From: Podarcis filfolensis
Taxonomy: Eukaryota
DNA: 64,000 nt
Assembly (NCBI GenBank): GCA_964270895.1
Contig: OZ185441.1
Reading direction: 5' to 3' (one strand)
The notes under the pieces are model-generated. The model searched no databases, was not told the DNA's origin, and worked only from the letters and a program-made list of their open reading frames with translations. The translations under genes were made by a program, and so were the position numbers. How positions within the stretch are numbered: position 1 is the first letter of the stretch; each line of letters starts with the position of its first letter. Shown piece by piece: positions 1 to 13,146 of this stretch.

Positions 1-1508
1 GCAGAAAGGACTTTATGATCTGAAAATAAAGGCAATGTACGCACTTTTGTAGCCCAAGATAATCTTTAATAATCTTAATAAAAACAATTAAAAAGCGAGA
101 GAGAGGGGGGAAATCAGCTAGTTCTGGCCAGTGGGAGAAATGAACCAACTTAAGGATGTATATTCAAAACTGAAACAGGGAATTGCGTCTATTTAGGGTT
201 CACTGTGGTGGTGTGAAATTCCAGGCACTCTAGATGGCACCTTTGAGCTACATTGGAATATAGAACTATATCACAGGTACAAATAAAAAATGTGTTGTGT
301 GAGGGGAGCTGGCATTGTATTAGTTAACAGTTTTCAATAAAGACCTTTTGGAATTGCCACTTGAAATGGTCAGGTAAGTGCACTGCAGTTGTCAGTCAGA
401 AATCAGAACATAGCAAGAACGTAATACAAAAGCTGTTATAAAGGTCCAACCATGCTTCGAGAAAATTGTGCTGTTCCTGATCATGCTTAAAAAGAATGTA
501 GCACAACTCAAAAGAAGTAAAGAAAAGGCCAATGAAAACTATCAAGAAAGACAAGTCTTCTATATGAGGTAAGTTTAAAAGATTAATGTTGATCCTGAGC
601 CACACTGCATATCGGCAGGGGAGCAAAGGAGTGGAAGCGGTATGGAGATGCTATAGGGCATTGTTTCCCTTGTTCACACTGGGATCACCATGCTCAATAG
701 CCATTTCCAACCATTTTACACAATGCTAAAACAAACTCAGATTCAATACACCAGCAAATAACAACAACATATGCAATAAGCTATGCAATACAGTACCAGA
801 TTTCATTCAGGTTTTTTTTTAATGTCACCTTTAATGTATGTTTCGGTGTTACATATAACAGAAATTTTGACGGTGAATATTTTTTTAGAACATATGGAAT
901 ACGCATAAGGTTGCTGCGCTCCCAGAATGACTGTGTGGAACTGTAATCCTGTTACCTGGATAACAGCTATACAAGTGGGACTTCATTATATTTAGGAAAT
1001 ATAATAATTAGCACACTGATCATTAAAAGTGTATGTAAGATGTGTGGGTAGGTGGGAATCATCCATAAAATAATCCTGCCATAATACAAAACATGATGCA
1101 AAATACCTAGAACACAGCATACCAATATAAAAAGCTACAGTTTGCTGCAGCCTAATACACAATTTTCTTGAATCAGTAACTGAAATGTTTAAACATTAGT
1201 TTGGGTTCTGGTCCTGGCTGCCCCTATCCATTGCTTGCTATGGGGGGCAGGGAGAAGAATGACAATTATAATTCGTAAATCTCAACCAACATCACTAGCA
1301 TATATGAGCATGTACCTAAATAAATTGCAATAGGAACATGCTGGACAATTTCTGCATTGTTATTGTAAGTAAAGCAAGATCCTCTGAGTTGTTTTACTTT
1401 GGAGCTTCTCCCAGGAGGATCCTTTGCTTGGAATGATAGATATTCCTATATCAGAATGAAAGTACAAAAGGCATACACCCCATCTGAGGAATTATTGTAA
1501 CATGCTGG

Positions 1509-1542
1509 TGCAGTTTTTGGTTGAGACTCTGGGTGTCGCTGC
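1509..1542 (+). promoter_or_regulatory. Pcdh CSE / CTCF site, CGCT type (exon 1)
   Basis: TGCAGTTT...GACTCTGGGTGTCGCTG; CGCT at 1537, 220 nt before ATG. Confidence 0.85.
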
Positions 1543-1756
1543 TCCCTAACCAGGCAGAGAAATGCACTGAGAGATGTTGCCATCTCAGTCCTGCTGCTCC
1601 ACCTAGAAAAAGAAAGCAAGGGAACAGAAACAAAGAAGATCTAGGAAGATCTAGATCCATTGGATTTGTTGTTTTATTTTTCCTAAAATATTGGCAAACA
1701 ATAGATTCAGAGCATCCAGGTTTAAGGGATTGAAAGTAAGAAGATAACATCTAGAA

Positions 1757-4186
1757 ATGGCTATTGCAAGACATTTCTGTCTTAGGTTCTACAAGGACAC
1801 AGCTTTCATTTTCATCATTTTTTTTTGCATCGCATGTGAGACTGCTACTGAACAGATTCATTATTCAGTTCCCGAGGAAATGCCAAAAGGTTCCTTTGTG
1901 GGGAATATTGCAAAGGATCTTAGACTGGATATAAAGGATTTCTCACATTATGGAGTCAGCTTTGTTTGCAGAGGTAAGATGGAATATTTTGCTTTAAACA
2001 ATAAGAATGGCCATTTATACATTAAGGAAAGACTGGACAGAGAGCAGACCTGTCCCCAGATACAAAGATGTCTCTTTAATTGTGAAGTTATTATAGAAGA
2101 TGCAATGAAGATTTATACAATTGAAGTAGAAATAATTGATGTCAACGACAATGCTCCAAGCTTCAAATCAGCTCAACTCCAGATAAAAATCAGTGAGATG
2201 ACTGAAGGTGGGACACGATTCCGTCTGGAAGATGCTCAGGATCCAGATTTAGGGATGAATTCTGTCCAGAATTATAAACTCAGTGCAAACAGACACTTTT
2301 CTCTGGATCTACAAACTAGATTGGATAGTGCAATATATGCAGAGATTGTACTGGAAACATCACTGGACCGAGAAGAACAAAATGTGCATGATCTTATTCT
2401 CACTGCCTTTGATGGGGGGGATCCACCCAAATCTGGCACAACCGAAATCCATATTATTGTCCTTGATGCAAATGACAACACACCCATTTTTAGCCAACCT
2501 GTATACAAAGTAACCGTTGCAGAAAATGTGCCCACAGGCTATACAGTAGTTACGGTAAAAGCCACTGACCTGGATGAAGGAATCAACAGAGAAATAACAT
2601 ACTCCTTCAGAAAAATATCTGACACAGCTTCTCAAAACTTCCACATAAACTCAGAGACAGGTGAAATTATTCTTGTGGGGAAGCTGGATTATGAAGAATC
2701 TACATTGTATGAAATAGAGATTCAGGCCATTGATGGGGGAGGACTATTTAATATATCAGAAGTTGTGATTTTTGTAAGTGATATTAATGACAATGCACCT
2801 GAAATAGCTGTCAGGTCACTTGCCAATTCAGTTCCTGAGGATTCTCAAGCTGGAACTGCCATTGCCTTGATAAACGTGCACGATGATGATTCTGGAGAGA
2901 ATGGGAAAGTCATATGCTCTATTCCTAGTAATATCCCTTTCCAATTAACAAAAGCAAATGCTAACTATTACACTATGGTCATTGCTAGACCGCTGGACAG
3001 GGAGCAAGTAGCAGCCTACAACATCACCATCACAGCCTCAGATCAAGGGATGCCACCTCTTTCATCAACCACCTTAATCCTCCTTCAGGTTTTAGACAAG
3101 AATGACAACGCTCCATACTTTGTGCAACCAGAATACACTTTTTACCTTGTAGAGAACAACCAGAGAGGGGACTCTATATTTTCTCTGAAAACAGAGGATC
3201 CAGACTGGGGGGAGAATTCAAAAACAACCTATTCCATCATTGAAAGTCAAATGTTTGATTCCTCACTCTCCTCCTACCTTTCCATTAATTCGGAAACAGG
3301 GGTTGGCTATGCCTTGAAAACCTTTGATTATGAAGAGTTTCGGGAGATTAAGTTCCATGTAAGGGCTCAGGACGGAGGCTCTCCACCACTCAGCTCCAAC
3401 GTCTCAGTGACTCTCTTCATCCTGGACCAGAATGACAACGCTCCCCAAATCCTATTCCCCTCGCCTCCCACCGACGACTCCACGGGGATAGAGCTGGCCC
3501 CTCGCTCCTCTGAGCCAGGCTACCTGGTCACTAAGGTGGTGGCCGTGGATGCGGACTCTGGCCAGAATGCCTGGCTCTCCTACCAGCTGATCAAGGCCAC
3601 TGAGCCAGGGCTCTTCACTCTGGGGCTCCACACGGGAGAGATCAGGACGGCCCGCTTCTTTCTGGAGAAAGATGCCCTCAAGCAAAGCCTGGTGGTTTTA
3701 GTCAAGGACAATGGGCAGCCTCCAATGTCGGCGTCAGTCACTGTCACTGTGGTTTTGGCTGACAGTATCCCTGACATGCTGACTGATCTGAGCAGTGTCC
3801 CAGTATCTGAAGACCCACAGTCAGATCTCACCTTCTACTTGGTGACTGCAGTGGCGTTTGTCTCCTGCTTGTTCCTTGCCTTCCTCCTTGTGTTATTGGC
3901 ACTCAAACTTCGCAGGTGGAAAAATTCTCAGTTGTGTGACAGTGGAAGTGTGCATTTTGATGGTGCTCCCATCTCCCAGTTTGTGGGGATTGATGGAGTC
4001 CGGGCATTTCTTCAGTCTTATTGCCATGAGGTTTCACTGACTTCAGGCTCTCGGAAAAGTCAGATTCTTTTTCCAATTGGAAGCTGTACCAATACTCTGA
4101 CACCACAACAGGCTCCTGATAAGCCAGGCCCTGTGTTACTCATAGGTGATTCTAACACAGTTACGGAGGAGGCAGCAATCCATCAG
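1757..4186 (+). CDS. PCDHGA: Protocadherin gamma A-like variable exon 1 (810 codons to donor; unspliced ORF stops at 4198)
   Basis: 813-aa ORF with signal peptide, six cadherin repeats (DxNDNAP, LDRE), EC1 CX5C, TM and the gA-type tail GVRAFLQSYCHEVSLT; CAG|GTGAGT phase-0 donor at 4186/4187. Symbol is subfamily-level only; no 1:1 orthology implied. Confidence 0.95.
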
Positions 4187-6282
4187 GTGAGTACATAAAT
4201 TTCAATACTTTGGCCCTTATTATTCAATAGGTTCTATTTTATGAAATTTAAAAGAATTTCTAAAATAACAAATCCTGGAAAAATCTGTTTATGCTTTCTG
4301 ATGTAAAGAGAGATGGTGTTTCATTAAATGATGAAGCACTTACTTTATTGATTCTAATAAATAATGTATTTTGATCCTAGTGATATTTTAACAAATTTTC
4401 TAAGAATAACAGAAAGCTGGATCAGATTTTGTTTTGAAAGGAAACTTGTGTACTATTCCTAAAGACCTTCATTGTGCATAACTTATATCAAAATCCACCT
4501 CCTGACCAGGTTAGAAACAGTCACAGGAAGCCCGATAGTCTTCGTTCTATCACAGAAGTATTTAGGAGGCTGGCAATGATCCTTGGCTTTTCCACTTGCC
4601 TGCCACAATGCAGGAGGTTGCTGGAGAGGGGAAAGGAGCAATACTAAGGTCTGGTCAGCTGCATACAATCTGAACTATATTTAAGGCAATAGACAGGCAC
4701 ATACATCAGCACAGCTTTGTGACCTAGTATTTCTTTTTAACCTTTTATAATACGGTTGTCAGTGATAGATGGTCTGCAAGAACAGACATTTGTCTCTTTT
4801 CTGTGAAGCTACTCAGGTTTGTAGCCAAACCACTCAGTGATCCTACAGCAGAACGCTTGCCCACAGTTATCTTTTCAGCAGATAAGAGGGCGTGCAAGTG
4901 ATAGAACAGCCTTCACATGAGGTTTTGTTTAGGAATGTACAACTTTTGCTACTGAAACTCAATAAAGTTATTTTGGAGTTCCTTGAAATGCTTGGCTCAT
5001 TGCAATGGAAGAAGATAATGTTGTTATAATGATGTAGCCACCAATATCATGCAGTTCTGATTACTTCCACCATAAAAATTATAGCATGACTGAAAAAAGT
5101 GTGGAGAAGGACAATAACGATTTTCAGTGATGAAAATGCATCCTTATGAGGAGAGTTCAAATCATTCATGCATAGCTTCAGGCAGCAGTGGACACAGCAT
5201 GGTGGGCAGCCTGGCCTCCTGGCAGGTGAGTCGCTGCCCTTTACCACGTGGAGGCAATGCAGCAGTGAGGTTGGCACGCTGCAGATGCAATCCAGAAAAA
5301 GAGCATGGTATTAAAATCAGTAAGTGTGTAAAACAGAAATAAACTTGATTGATTTAATCTTTCTCTGGATTATGGTCCTGAGCTTAGAAGTACAGTTACT
5401 ATAGTTCTAAAAAATCATTTTTGCTTTAATCTGTTCCTCCTTTTTAGTGGTCATGGTTCTATGGATTTCATAAGGTGAATCAAAACTGGTACATGCCAAG
5501 CTTCTGCATTTAGATCGCATAGCAGTAATTTCATGATCTTAATCTATGTTGGCCTCAATGTTATACATGTGCACACAGAAGCTCCTTTGTTGGTACTTTT
5601 TGGTCTAATGATTTCCACATTGGTGTGTGACAGGTGAATCTAATAAAGCATTCACTGAAGGATTCTCCAGTGGTCCTGGCTCCAACACTAAACAGCAATG
5701 AAGGTTCAAACTCTCACTTCATCAGATCATATTAAATTACCCACATGAAAAGGCTAGGTTGAAATTCAGATAGGATCCCGTACATGTTGAAATATAGAAC
5801 TGAGCTGAATGAGCTTTCAAAATGAACTTTTTACTATGGAAATCGGGACATTATGGTGCTAAGGAGGACAAATGTTGAGAAATGTTGGGGGTGGGTGTGC
5901 ATATGCAGCCAGTTTAGCTGGTTCTACAAACAGTGGCAGCAATGGGACGCAATGTTCCTATGTAATGCTTCAGTTATGTGACATTAAGAAGCCCTTCCAG
6001 AGGCCTTGTGTGCTCTGGTGAAGAATGTGGTGGTCCCTCACTGGCAGAGAACATGTGCTCAGCTGCTTCCACTTCCCATAGATTGGGGCCTCTAGATGCA
6101 CAAAAGGCTTCAGTCATCTACTGCACGTTGGAAGGCCCTGGAACCAGCCACAGAGGGATATGTGTGGTGGTGCCAGCCTTGCATCCTTGTACTACTGTCT
6201 CAATAACGTACTTACTATTTACTATTATTGCTTGAAGCGAGCTTTGATGGCAAAGGAAACTGCATTACATGAATTCAGGGCA

Positions 6283-6298
6283 AATAATAATAATAATA

Positions 6299-6333
<35 letters not shown>

Positions 6334-6550
6334 TTATTTATACCCTGCCCATCTGGCTGTGCTTCCCCAGCCACTCTGGGCAGCTTCCAACAAAATATTA
6401 AAAATGCTGTAATGCATCAAACATTAAAAGCTTCCCTTAACAGGGCTGCCTTCAGATGTCTTCTAAAAGTCTGGTAGTTGTTGTTCTCTTTGACATCTGG
6501 TGGGAGGGCGTTCCACAGGGCGGGCGCCACTATCGAGAAGGCCCTCTGCC
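6283..6550 (-). mobile_element. L2 LINE 3' fragment with (TTA)n tail
   Basis: Minus strand translates RAFSIVAPALWNALPPDVKENNNYQTFRRHLKAALLREAF (L2 ORF2 C-terminus); (AAT)n tail at 6283-6333 on the + strand. Confidence 0.75.
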
Positions 6551-6803
6551 CTCTGCATTCATTCAGTGTGGTATTGTCTACCACATTTAGTCTTCTAAAT
6601 CTTTAGACTATCTATGGTCATATTCTCGAAAAGGTTTCCTTTAAAATGGAAAATAAACATGTGTCTTAACTGAACATTTCCCATAAATATTTTAGAACAA
6701 AATGTTAAGAGATGATTATTGAAAGCAAATGCTACTCATTTATGAAATTCCACTGTGCTTTTCTGTGCCAAAGAAATTTATTCAGGGTCTCTGGAAGGAC
6801 TCA

Positions 6804-7166
6804 CAGACCCTCCAAGTACCCCTATTTTCCAAGAACAGCTCCAGATTTACAGAAGCCATCCTGGTTTCTGATTTGATCCTGCAATGTCCCACTTTTCCTT
6901 AGGATGTTCCTATTTTCATCAAAGAAATGTTGGAGGGTATGTCCATATTTTCATTGGAGAAATGTTGGAGGGACATGGAATGGGATGGCCAAGGGGCTTT
7001 TTTTCAGCCAGAACTCACCAGAACTCAGTTCCAGCACCTCTCAGGTGGGCACCATTGCCATTGCAAGAGAACAAGGGAGGCATTCATGGTGAGTTCCAGA
7101 ACCTCTTTTTCTAGGAAAATGACACTGGACGTCCCTTTTTTCATCAGAGAAATGCTGGAGGGTATG
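6804..7166. mobile_element. Cluster of non-autonomous hAT-like MITEs
   Basis: 6804-6941 has 12-bp TIRs CAGACCCTCCAA / TTGGAGGGTATG, and its right end recurs at about 6945-6972 and 7130-7166. A second MITE (GGGCTTTTTTT...CACTGG) lies at about 6991-7128, with a fragment also at about 12542-12596. No clean TSD. Confidence 0.6.
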
Positions 7167-7764
7167 GTGTCACAGTCACAGCAAATGCAGAGAAACATCA
7201 AATGATAAATTGACATGTACTAGGGTTTTACATAAACAGCACAATTTACATAAATGACACAAAATGAAAAAATAGTGCCACTCCTTCCTTGGTTGCCATC
7301 AGAACCTTGGCCTGGCTACTGGCCACAGTGGGAGGAAGACTGCCTCTGTCCACTGGCTTCAGCTCCACAGCCGCCTTCCCAAAAGGCTGTCAACACCAAC
7401 AACTCAGGGAAATGAAAGGAACAAGTCCTTTATAAAGTAAAAGAAGCAAAGCAGACAGGGAATTACACCTTTGGGAACTGTGTAGTTTGTTTTGAATTTT
7501 TAAATCAAACCTCAGTCCTGACCTGCAGTTAAGGGCTCAGGGCCTTACAGAGATGGCCAAACTTCATCCTCACTGGCTAAGGTAAGTGATCTCCCTTTCT
7601 TACAAAGGGATAACTGCCCATGATGGCGGCTGCTCCTAGCTTCAGCTCTCTTACAGGGCATGTGTATATCCTTCCTCCAGAAGTCTTAAAGGACGATTCA
7701 CAAGCACAAATAAGTATAGATTTATTTGTATTGAAGCCTTATAGGAGTTCACTGATTGGGTCTG

Positions 7765-8285
7765 TGTTGCTCCATGACAGGAGGAAGGAAGTCAAAATGA
7801 CACCGAGTTGGTTCAAAGAAAGAGTTTATTCTGCTCTCCGGATAGCAGAAGGCACCTGCGTGGTGAGTCCACAGCAAGTACTGTACAAAGAAATGACAGG
7901 TTTCATGCAGTTTATATATCCTCCAGGCACCCTCTCACTCCTCCCCTAGGAGCCCAACCACGTCGGCCTACGTACACAGGTTGACATCACATATGTTCCT
8001 GCTCTGGTACTCTCAACCATAAAAGGATCTTCCTTCCTGTACTTCTGACCATAAAAGGATCTTCCTCTTCCTACTCTTATCTGGGACGCAGAGGTCACCA
8101 TTTCCAAGAACACACTCTGGCGTTATTCCCAGACGTGGGTCTGCGCGTCTTTGTGGTCAGCACATAAGATAAAGTTCTGACGTGTTTTCGTTGTTCCCCT
8201 GGGGAGCCAAGGCCATCCCTTGCCTGTCCTGATAAAGGACAGAACTGTTTATGCAGTTGTGTCCTTATTATGGTTTTGCTCAACA
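7765..8285 (-). mobile_element. Putative ERV/LTR-retrotransposon solo LTR
   Basis: TGTTG...CAACA termini; minus-strand TATATAAA (7911-7918) followed by AATAAA (7825-7830); 19-bp direct repeat at 8016 and 8048 in the U3 position; TSD not clean. Confidence 0.55.
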
Positions 8286-9024
8286 GTTCAAGTTTTACGC
8301 ATTTAAAAGTGCTCTCTTTTGAAAGAACAAAAGGGGGGGGGGTTGAGTCAGTTTTAAAACTTACTACATTCCTTCAGTATAGCTTGGAACACAAACTTCT
8401 TCCTTCCACCATGGACATAACTATTTCTACACTGAAAGGGTTTAAGCATAACTACATTTACATAGGCTAAGGAAGAAAAGACCCACATCTAATTCTACAC
8501 ATTTTAAAGTAACCTTTATTTCTTTGTACAGAAATAAATTTGCTACAGACTGGGCAAATCTGATGGAAACATCAGATCAGTGACAAAAATTCTATATGCT
8601 TTAATAGATAGTAATTCCATCTAGTGAACTATGATAGACGGATATTCTAATGTGGAGCATCAGAATAAATAGCTCTCAAGGCTCTGATGCCTGACTTTTG
8701 AAGATTGAAGCCAATGAATTAAGATTGGTGTTCATGCATGGAATTTAGTCCTATTTTATTAAAATAAGTGAATAATCTCTTATACACACTATTTTATGCA
8801 GAGTTATCAATAAATGCCTAAAACACCAGTCTAGTTTTTTAAAAAATTGTAATAGCCAACAACAACCACCAGTACAAATTTATCTGAAGTCTAAATGTTT
8901 GATGTTGTTTCTTTAGGGCAATTTTTTACTTTTAAAAATTTATACTCGTGTTATGCCCCTTTATAAAGCAAAATAATTCTTTTATAATGGCAAATACAGG
9001 ACTACCAATGTAGGAAAAATAATC

Positions 9025-9058
9025 TCCTGTTTTCAGTTGAGCCTCTGAGTGTCGCTGT
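9025..9058 (+). promoter_or_regulatory. Pcdh CSE / CTCF site, CGCT type (exon 2)
   Basis: GCCTCTGAGTGTCGCTG; CGCT at 9053, 208 nt before ATG. Confidence 0.85.
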
Positions 9059-9260
9059 TGACTAATCTGGCACAGGAAGACAAATATTCAGCTGACCCAG
9101 CCACAGTATTCTTAAACACAGGCACAAAATATCTGATGCATCAATCTTGCACAGATATTGTAGGCACTGTTAACAGAGACTTCTATTTTTTATTTTTTAA
9201 AAACCACTAATTTAAAACCCAGAAGCTCCTGAGTCCTAGAATTGATAGTGTTGCAAGATA

Positions 9261-11684
9261 ATGGAAGAAAATCAGAGGCTGTGGATCAGCAAAGAAAGGG
9301 TCTTGCAATGCCTCATAATTGTGCTTGCTTGGAAGATAGTTTCTGGGAAGATTCATTATTCCATTCCTGAGGAGATGCAGAAAGGCTCTTTTGTGGGGAA
9401 TATTGCAAAGGATCTAGGAGTGGATGGAAATCATCTTTCAGACCACGGACTACGGATTGTTACCAGGTCAGGTACGAGTCAGTATTTTGCTTTGAATTAC
9501 AACAGTGGCCATTTACAAACCTCTCAGAGAATAGACAGAGAGGAAGTCTGTGGAAGGGCAGAAAGGTGTGTTTTAAGTTTTGATGTTATAGTTGAGAGCA
9601 AAATAGAGATCTATGGGGTTCAAGTGGAAATTATTGATATAAACGATAATGCTCCCCAGTTCTCATCGGGGAAACAGGAACTGAAAATCAGTGAGGCATC
9701 TACTGCCGGATCCCGGTTCCCTCTGCCTGAAGCTCAGGATCCAGACCTAGGGATAAATTCTATACAGACCTACCAACTCACAGGCAGTAGCCATTTTTCT
9801 CTGGAGGTGCAAGTTGAAGAAAATGGTGCCAAATCTGCTGAGCTGGTGTTGGGGGAAAATCTGGACCGGGAAGAGCAATCTGTTTTCAATCTGATCCTCA
9901 CAGCTACTGATGGAGGCGATCCAGTCAGGTCCAGCACTGCTAACATCCAAGTCATTGTTTTAGATGCAAATGACAATGCACCTGTTTTCAGCAAACCAAT
10001 CTATGAAATGAGCATCAAGGAGAACATTCTGAACGGGTCCAGCATTGCTACAGTTAGTGCTACTGATCTGGATGAAGGACAAAACGGAGAGATAAAATAT
10101 TCATTCAAAAAAATCACAAAGAAGGATTCCAAAATGTTTATTTTAAACTCAACGACTGGTACAATTACCTTAATGGGAAACCTTGATTATGAGGAATCAT
10201 CCTCATATGACTTTGAGGTGAAGGCTGAGGATGGAGGAGGGCTGAGTGACTGGTCAAAAGTTGTGATAATTGTTACGGATGTTAATGACAATGCACCTGA
10301 ACTATCAATAACCTTTTTCATCAATACCATTTCTGAGAATTCACCAATAGGAACAGTTATTGCCCTTCTAAATGTACAAGATGAAGATTCAGGGGTCAAT
10401 GGGGAGGTCACATGTTCAATTCCCAGTAAGCTCCCTTTCCAACTAAAACAGTCTTTTGATAACTTTTATAGTTTGGTGACACACAGTAACCTTGATAGAG
10501 AGAACACAGCAGACTACAACATCACTATCATAGCTACTGACCATGGAATTCCACCACTTTCTGTGTCAACTTTTATCTTGCTTCAAATCCAAGACACAAA
10601 TGACAACCCTCCTGTTTTTGCAGAACCATCTTACTTGGCTTATTTTACAGAGAACAATCCAAGAGGAGCTCAAGTATTTTCCTTAAAAGCAAACGATCCA
10701 GACTGGGAGGAAAATGCCAGAATAAGTTATTCCATAATTGAAGGGAACATGGACAAATTCCTTATTACCTCCTACCTCTCCATTAACTCTGAGACAGGGG
10801 TCATCTATGCTCTGAGTTCTTTTGACTATGAAGAGATCAGGGAGCTGAAGTTCCTGGTCAAGGCTCAGGATGGAGGTTCTCCACCACTCAGCTCCAACGT
10901 CTCAGTGACGCTCTTCATCCTGGACCAGAATGACAATGCTCCCCAAATCCTATACCCCTCCCCTCCCACTGACGGCTCCACGGGGATAGAGCTGGCCCCT
11001 CGCTCCTCTGAGCCAGGCTACCTGGTCACTAAGGTGGTGGCCGTGGATGCGGACTCTGGCCAGAATGCCTGGCTCTCCTACCAGCTGATCAAGGCCACCG
11101 AGCCAGGGCTCTTCACTCTGGGGCTCCACACGGGAGAGATCAGGACAGCCCGCTTCTTTCTGGAGAAAGATGCCCTCAAGCAAAGCCTGGTGGTTTTAGT
11201 GAAGGACAATGGGCAGCCTCCAATGTCGGCGTCAGTCACTGTCACTGTGGTCTTGGCAGACAGCATCCCTGACATGCTGACTGATCTGAGCAGCGTCCCA
11301 GTATCTGAAGACCCACAGTCAGATCTCACCTTCTACTTGGTGACTGCAGTGGCTTTTGTCTCCTGCTTGTTCCTCGCCTTCCTCCTTGTGTTATTGGCAC
11401 TCAAACTTCGCAGGTGGAAAAATTCTCATCTGTGTGACAATGGAAGTGTGCATTTTGATGGTGCTCCCATCTCCCAGTTTGTGGGGATTGACGGAGTCCG
11501 GGCATTTCTTCAGTCTTATTGCCATGAGGTTTCACTGACGTCAGGCTCTCGGAAAAGTCAGATTCTTTTTCCAATTGGAAGCTGTACCAATACTCTGACA
11601 CCACAACAGGCTCCTGATAAGCCAGGCCCTGTGTTACTCATAGGTGATTCTAACACAGTTACGGAGGAGGCAGCAATCCATCAG
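9261..11684 (+). CDS. PCDHGA: Protocadherin gamma A-like variable exon 2 (808 codons; unspliced stop 11696)
   Basis: 811-aa ORF, six EC repeats, gA tail; CAG|GTGAGC donor at 11684/11685. Confidence 0.95.
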
Positions 11685-12137
11685 GTGAGCACATAAATGT
11701 CAAGATTTCCCATTTGATCTTCCAGTATTCTAAAATGCATAGGAAACTTTCCTGAGTATAAAGATTTTCTGAATGCTGCTACTGCCATTGTTTAACAATG
11801 TATAACGATCTCTAGAACTGATAGGTTGTCTTTCTTACTCTATGTCTTGGTGGTATGTCTTGTAGTGCTCATGGCAGGTGAAGTCATCTTGCATATTCTG
11901 TACTGCGTTTCTACCATGTGCACAATGAACTTTGCCTTTTGAAAACGTTCCGTTTTTGACCTTCTGAATGCCTGTAGATGCAATGCTCCCTTTTTCTCAA
12001 CAATTTTATGTGGGATTATAAATTGATGCTCCCCTTTTCATCAAATACAGGAGCTACATTCAGGCTTCAGTTCTTTGGCAACATGGTGCTGGTCAACGTA
12101 AATGCTATATTTATCTTGTTTTTGTTTTTTATTTGAA

Positions 12138-12427
12138 NNNNNNNNNNNNNNNNNNNNNNNNNNNNNNNNNNNNNNNNNNNNNNNNNNNNNNNNNNNNNNN
12201 NNNNNNNNNNNNNNNNNNNNNNNNNNNNNNNNNNNNNNNNNNNNNNNNNNNNNNNNNNNNNNNNNNNNNNNNNNNNNNNNNNNNNNNNNNNNNNNNNNNN
12301 NNNNNNNNNNNNNNNNNNNNNNNNNNNNNNNNNNNNNNNNNNNNNNNNNNNNNNNNNNNNNNNNNNNNNNNNNNNNNNNNNNNNNNNNNNNNNNNNNNNN
12401 NNNNNNNNNNNNNNNNNNNNNNNNNNN
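12138..12427. other. Assembly gap (290 N)
   Basis: Run of N. Confidence 1.
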
Positions 12428-13111
12428 ATATGAAATAACATTAGTAAGTAAAACAAATCAGCAATAGCTCTATATCCAAAAATTGTTGTAACAGGGAACA
12501 TAAAATGTGTAGTTTTTACTTTTATTAATTGTTAATGATATCCAGTGCTTTTTTTCAGCTGGAGTGCAGTTCTGGCACCTCTCAGGTGGGCGCCCCACTT
12601 CATGCCTTTACATATTTCTGAGAAGCCCCAAACTAACATTTCAAGTCAAAATGGAAGCTGCCCAGTGTGTGCGAGTCTACACTTTTTTAAGATCTGTGAC
12701 TCCACCCAGCTCCTAGCCGCTCTTAGCCAGGATTGGTCAAGGTTAGGACTTAACTACAGGACTAATTCGTACTTCCTTTTCTTCAATCCGTCTGCTGTGT
12801 AGCGGCAGTGGGCTTTAAGCTGTCCCGCCAGCCTTCTACCATTGCATGAGTGTGCGTTTGTGCAAGGGCCCTTCTGAGCTGCCCTAGCCATCCGCCTGTA
12901 TCTAAGAGAGCAAGGGAGGCGGGGGCACATTTATCTTTAATCCTATCAATATTCTGTGCCTAACACTAAGGCTAAATTCTGGGACATTTGGTACTAGATT
13001 TGGGAATATGGAGCATAAATACTATTATAGACTAATGGCATTGTTATCTCATTGTCTAAACTAATACTATCCTTCAGGCAAATAAAGGTATAGTGAAAAA
13101 ATCTAGATATA

Positions 13112-13112
13112 A

Positions 13113-13146
<34 letters not shown>

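Noticed and set aside
362-380. CAG|GTAAGT donor that might end a previous variable exon
   Set aside because: A phase-0 reading has an in-frame TGA four codons upstream and no Pcdh similarity.
3452-3831. Recurrent antisense and alternative-frame ORFs over EC6 (also at about 10950, 18676, 30659, 38696, 55336 and the gB equivalents)
   Set aside because: They are shadows of GC-rich, gene-converted coding sequence. Recurrence reflects paralogy, not independent selection.
6160-6477. Poly-Asn ORF (and the poly-Ala/Thr ORF 13093-13311)
   Set aside because: Antisense translation of L2 3' ends and their microsatellite tails.
12067-12501. ORFs containing X runs
   Set aside because: Artefacts of the N gap.
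12660-12930. CpG-richer patch with a CCAAT-like motif, possibly an LTR or promoter fragment
   Set aside because: No termini, TSD, TATA/polyA pair or linked exon could be supported.
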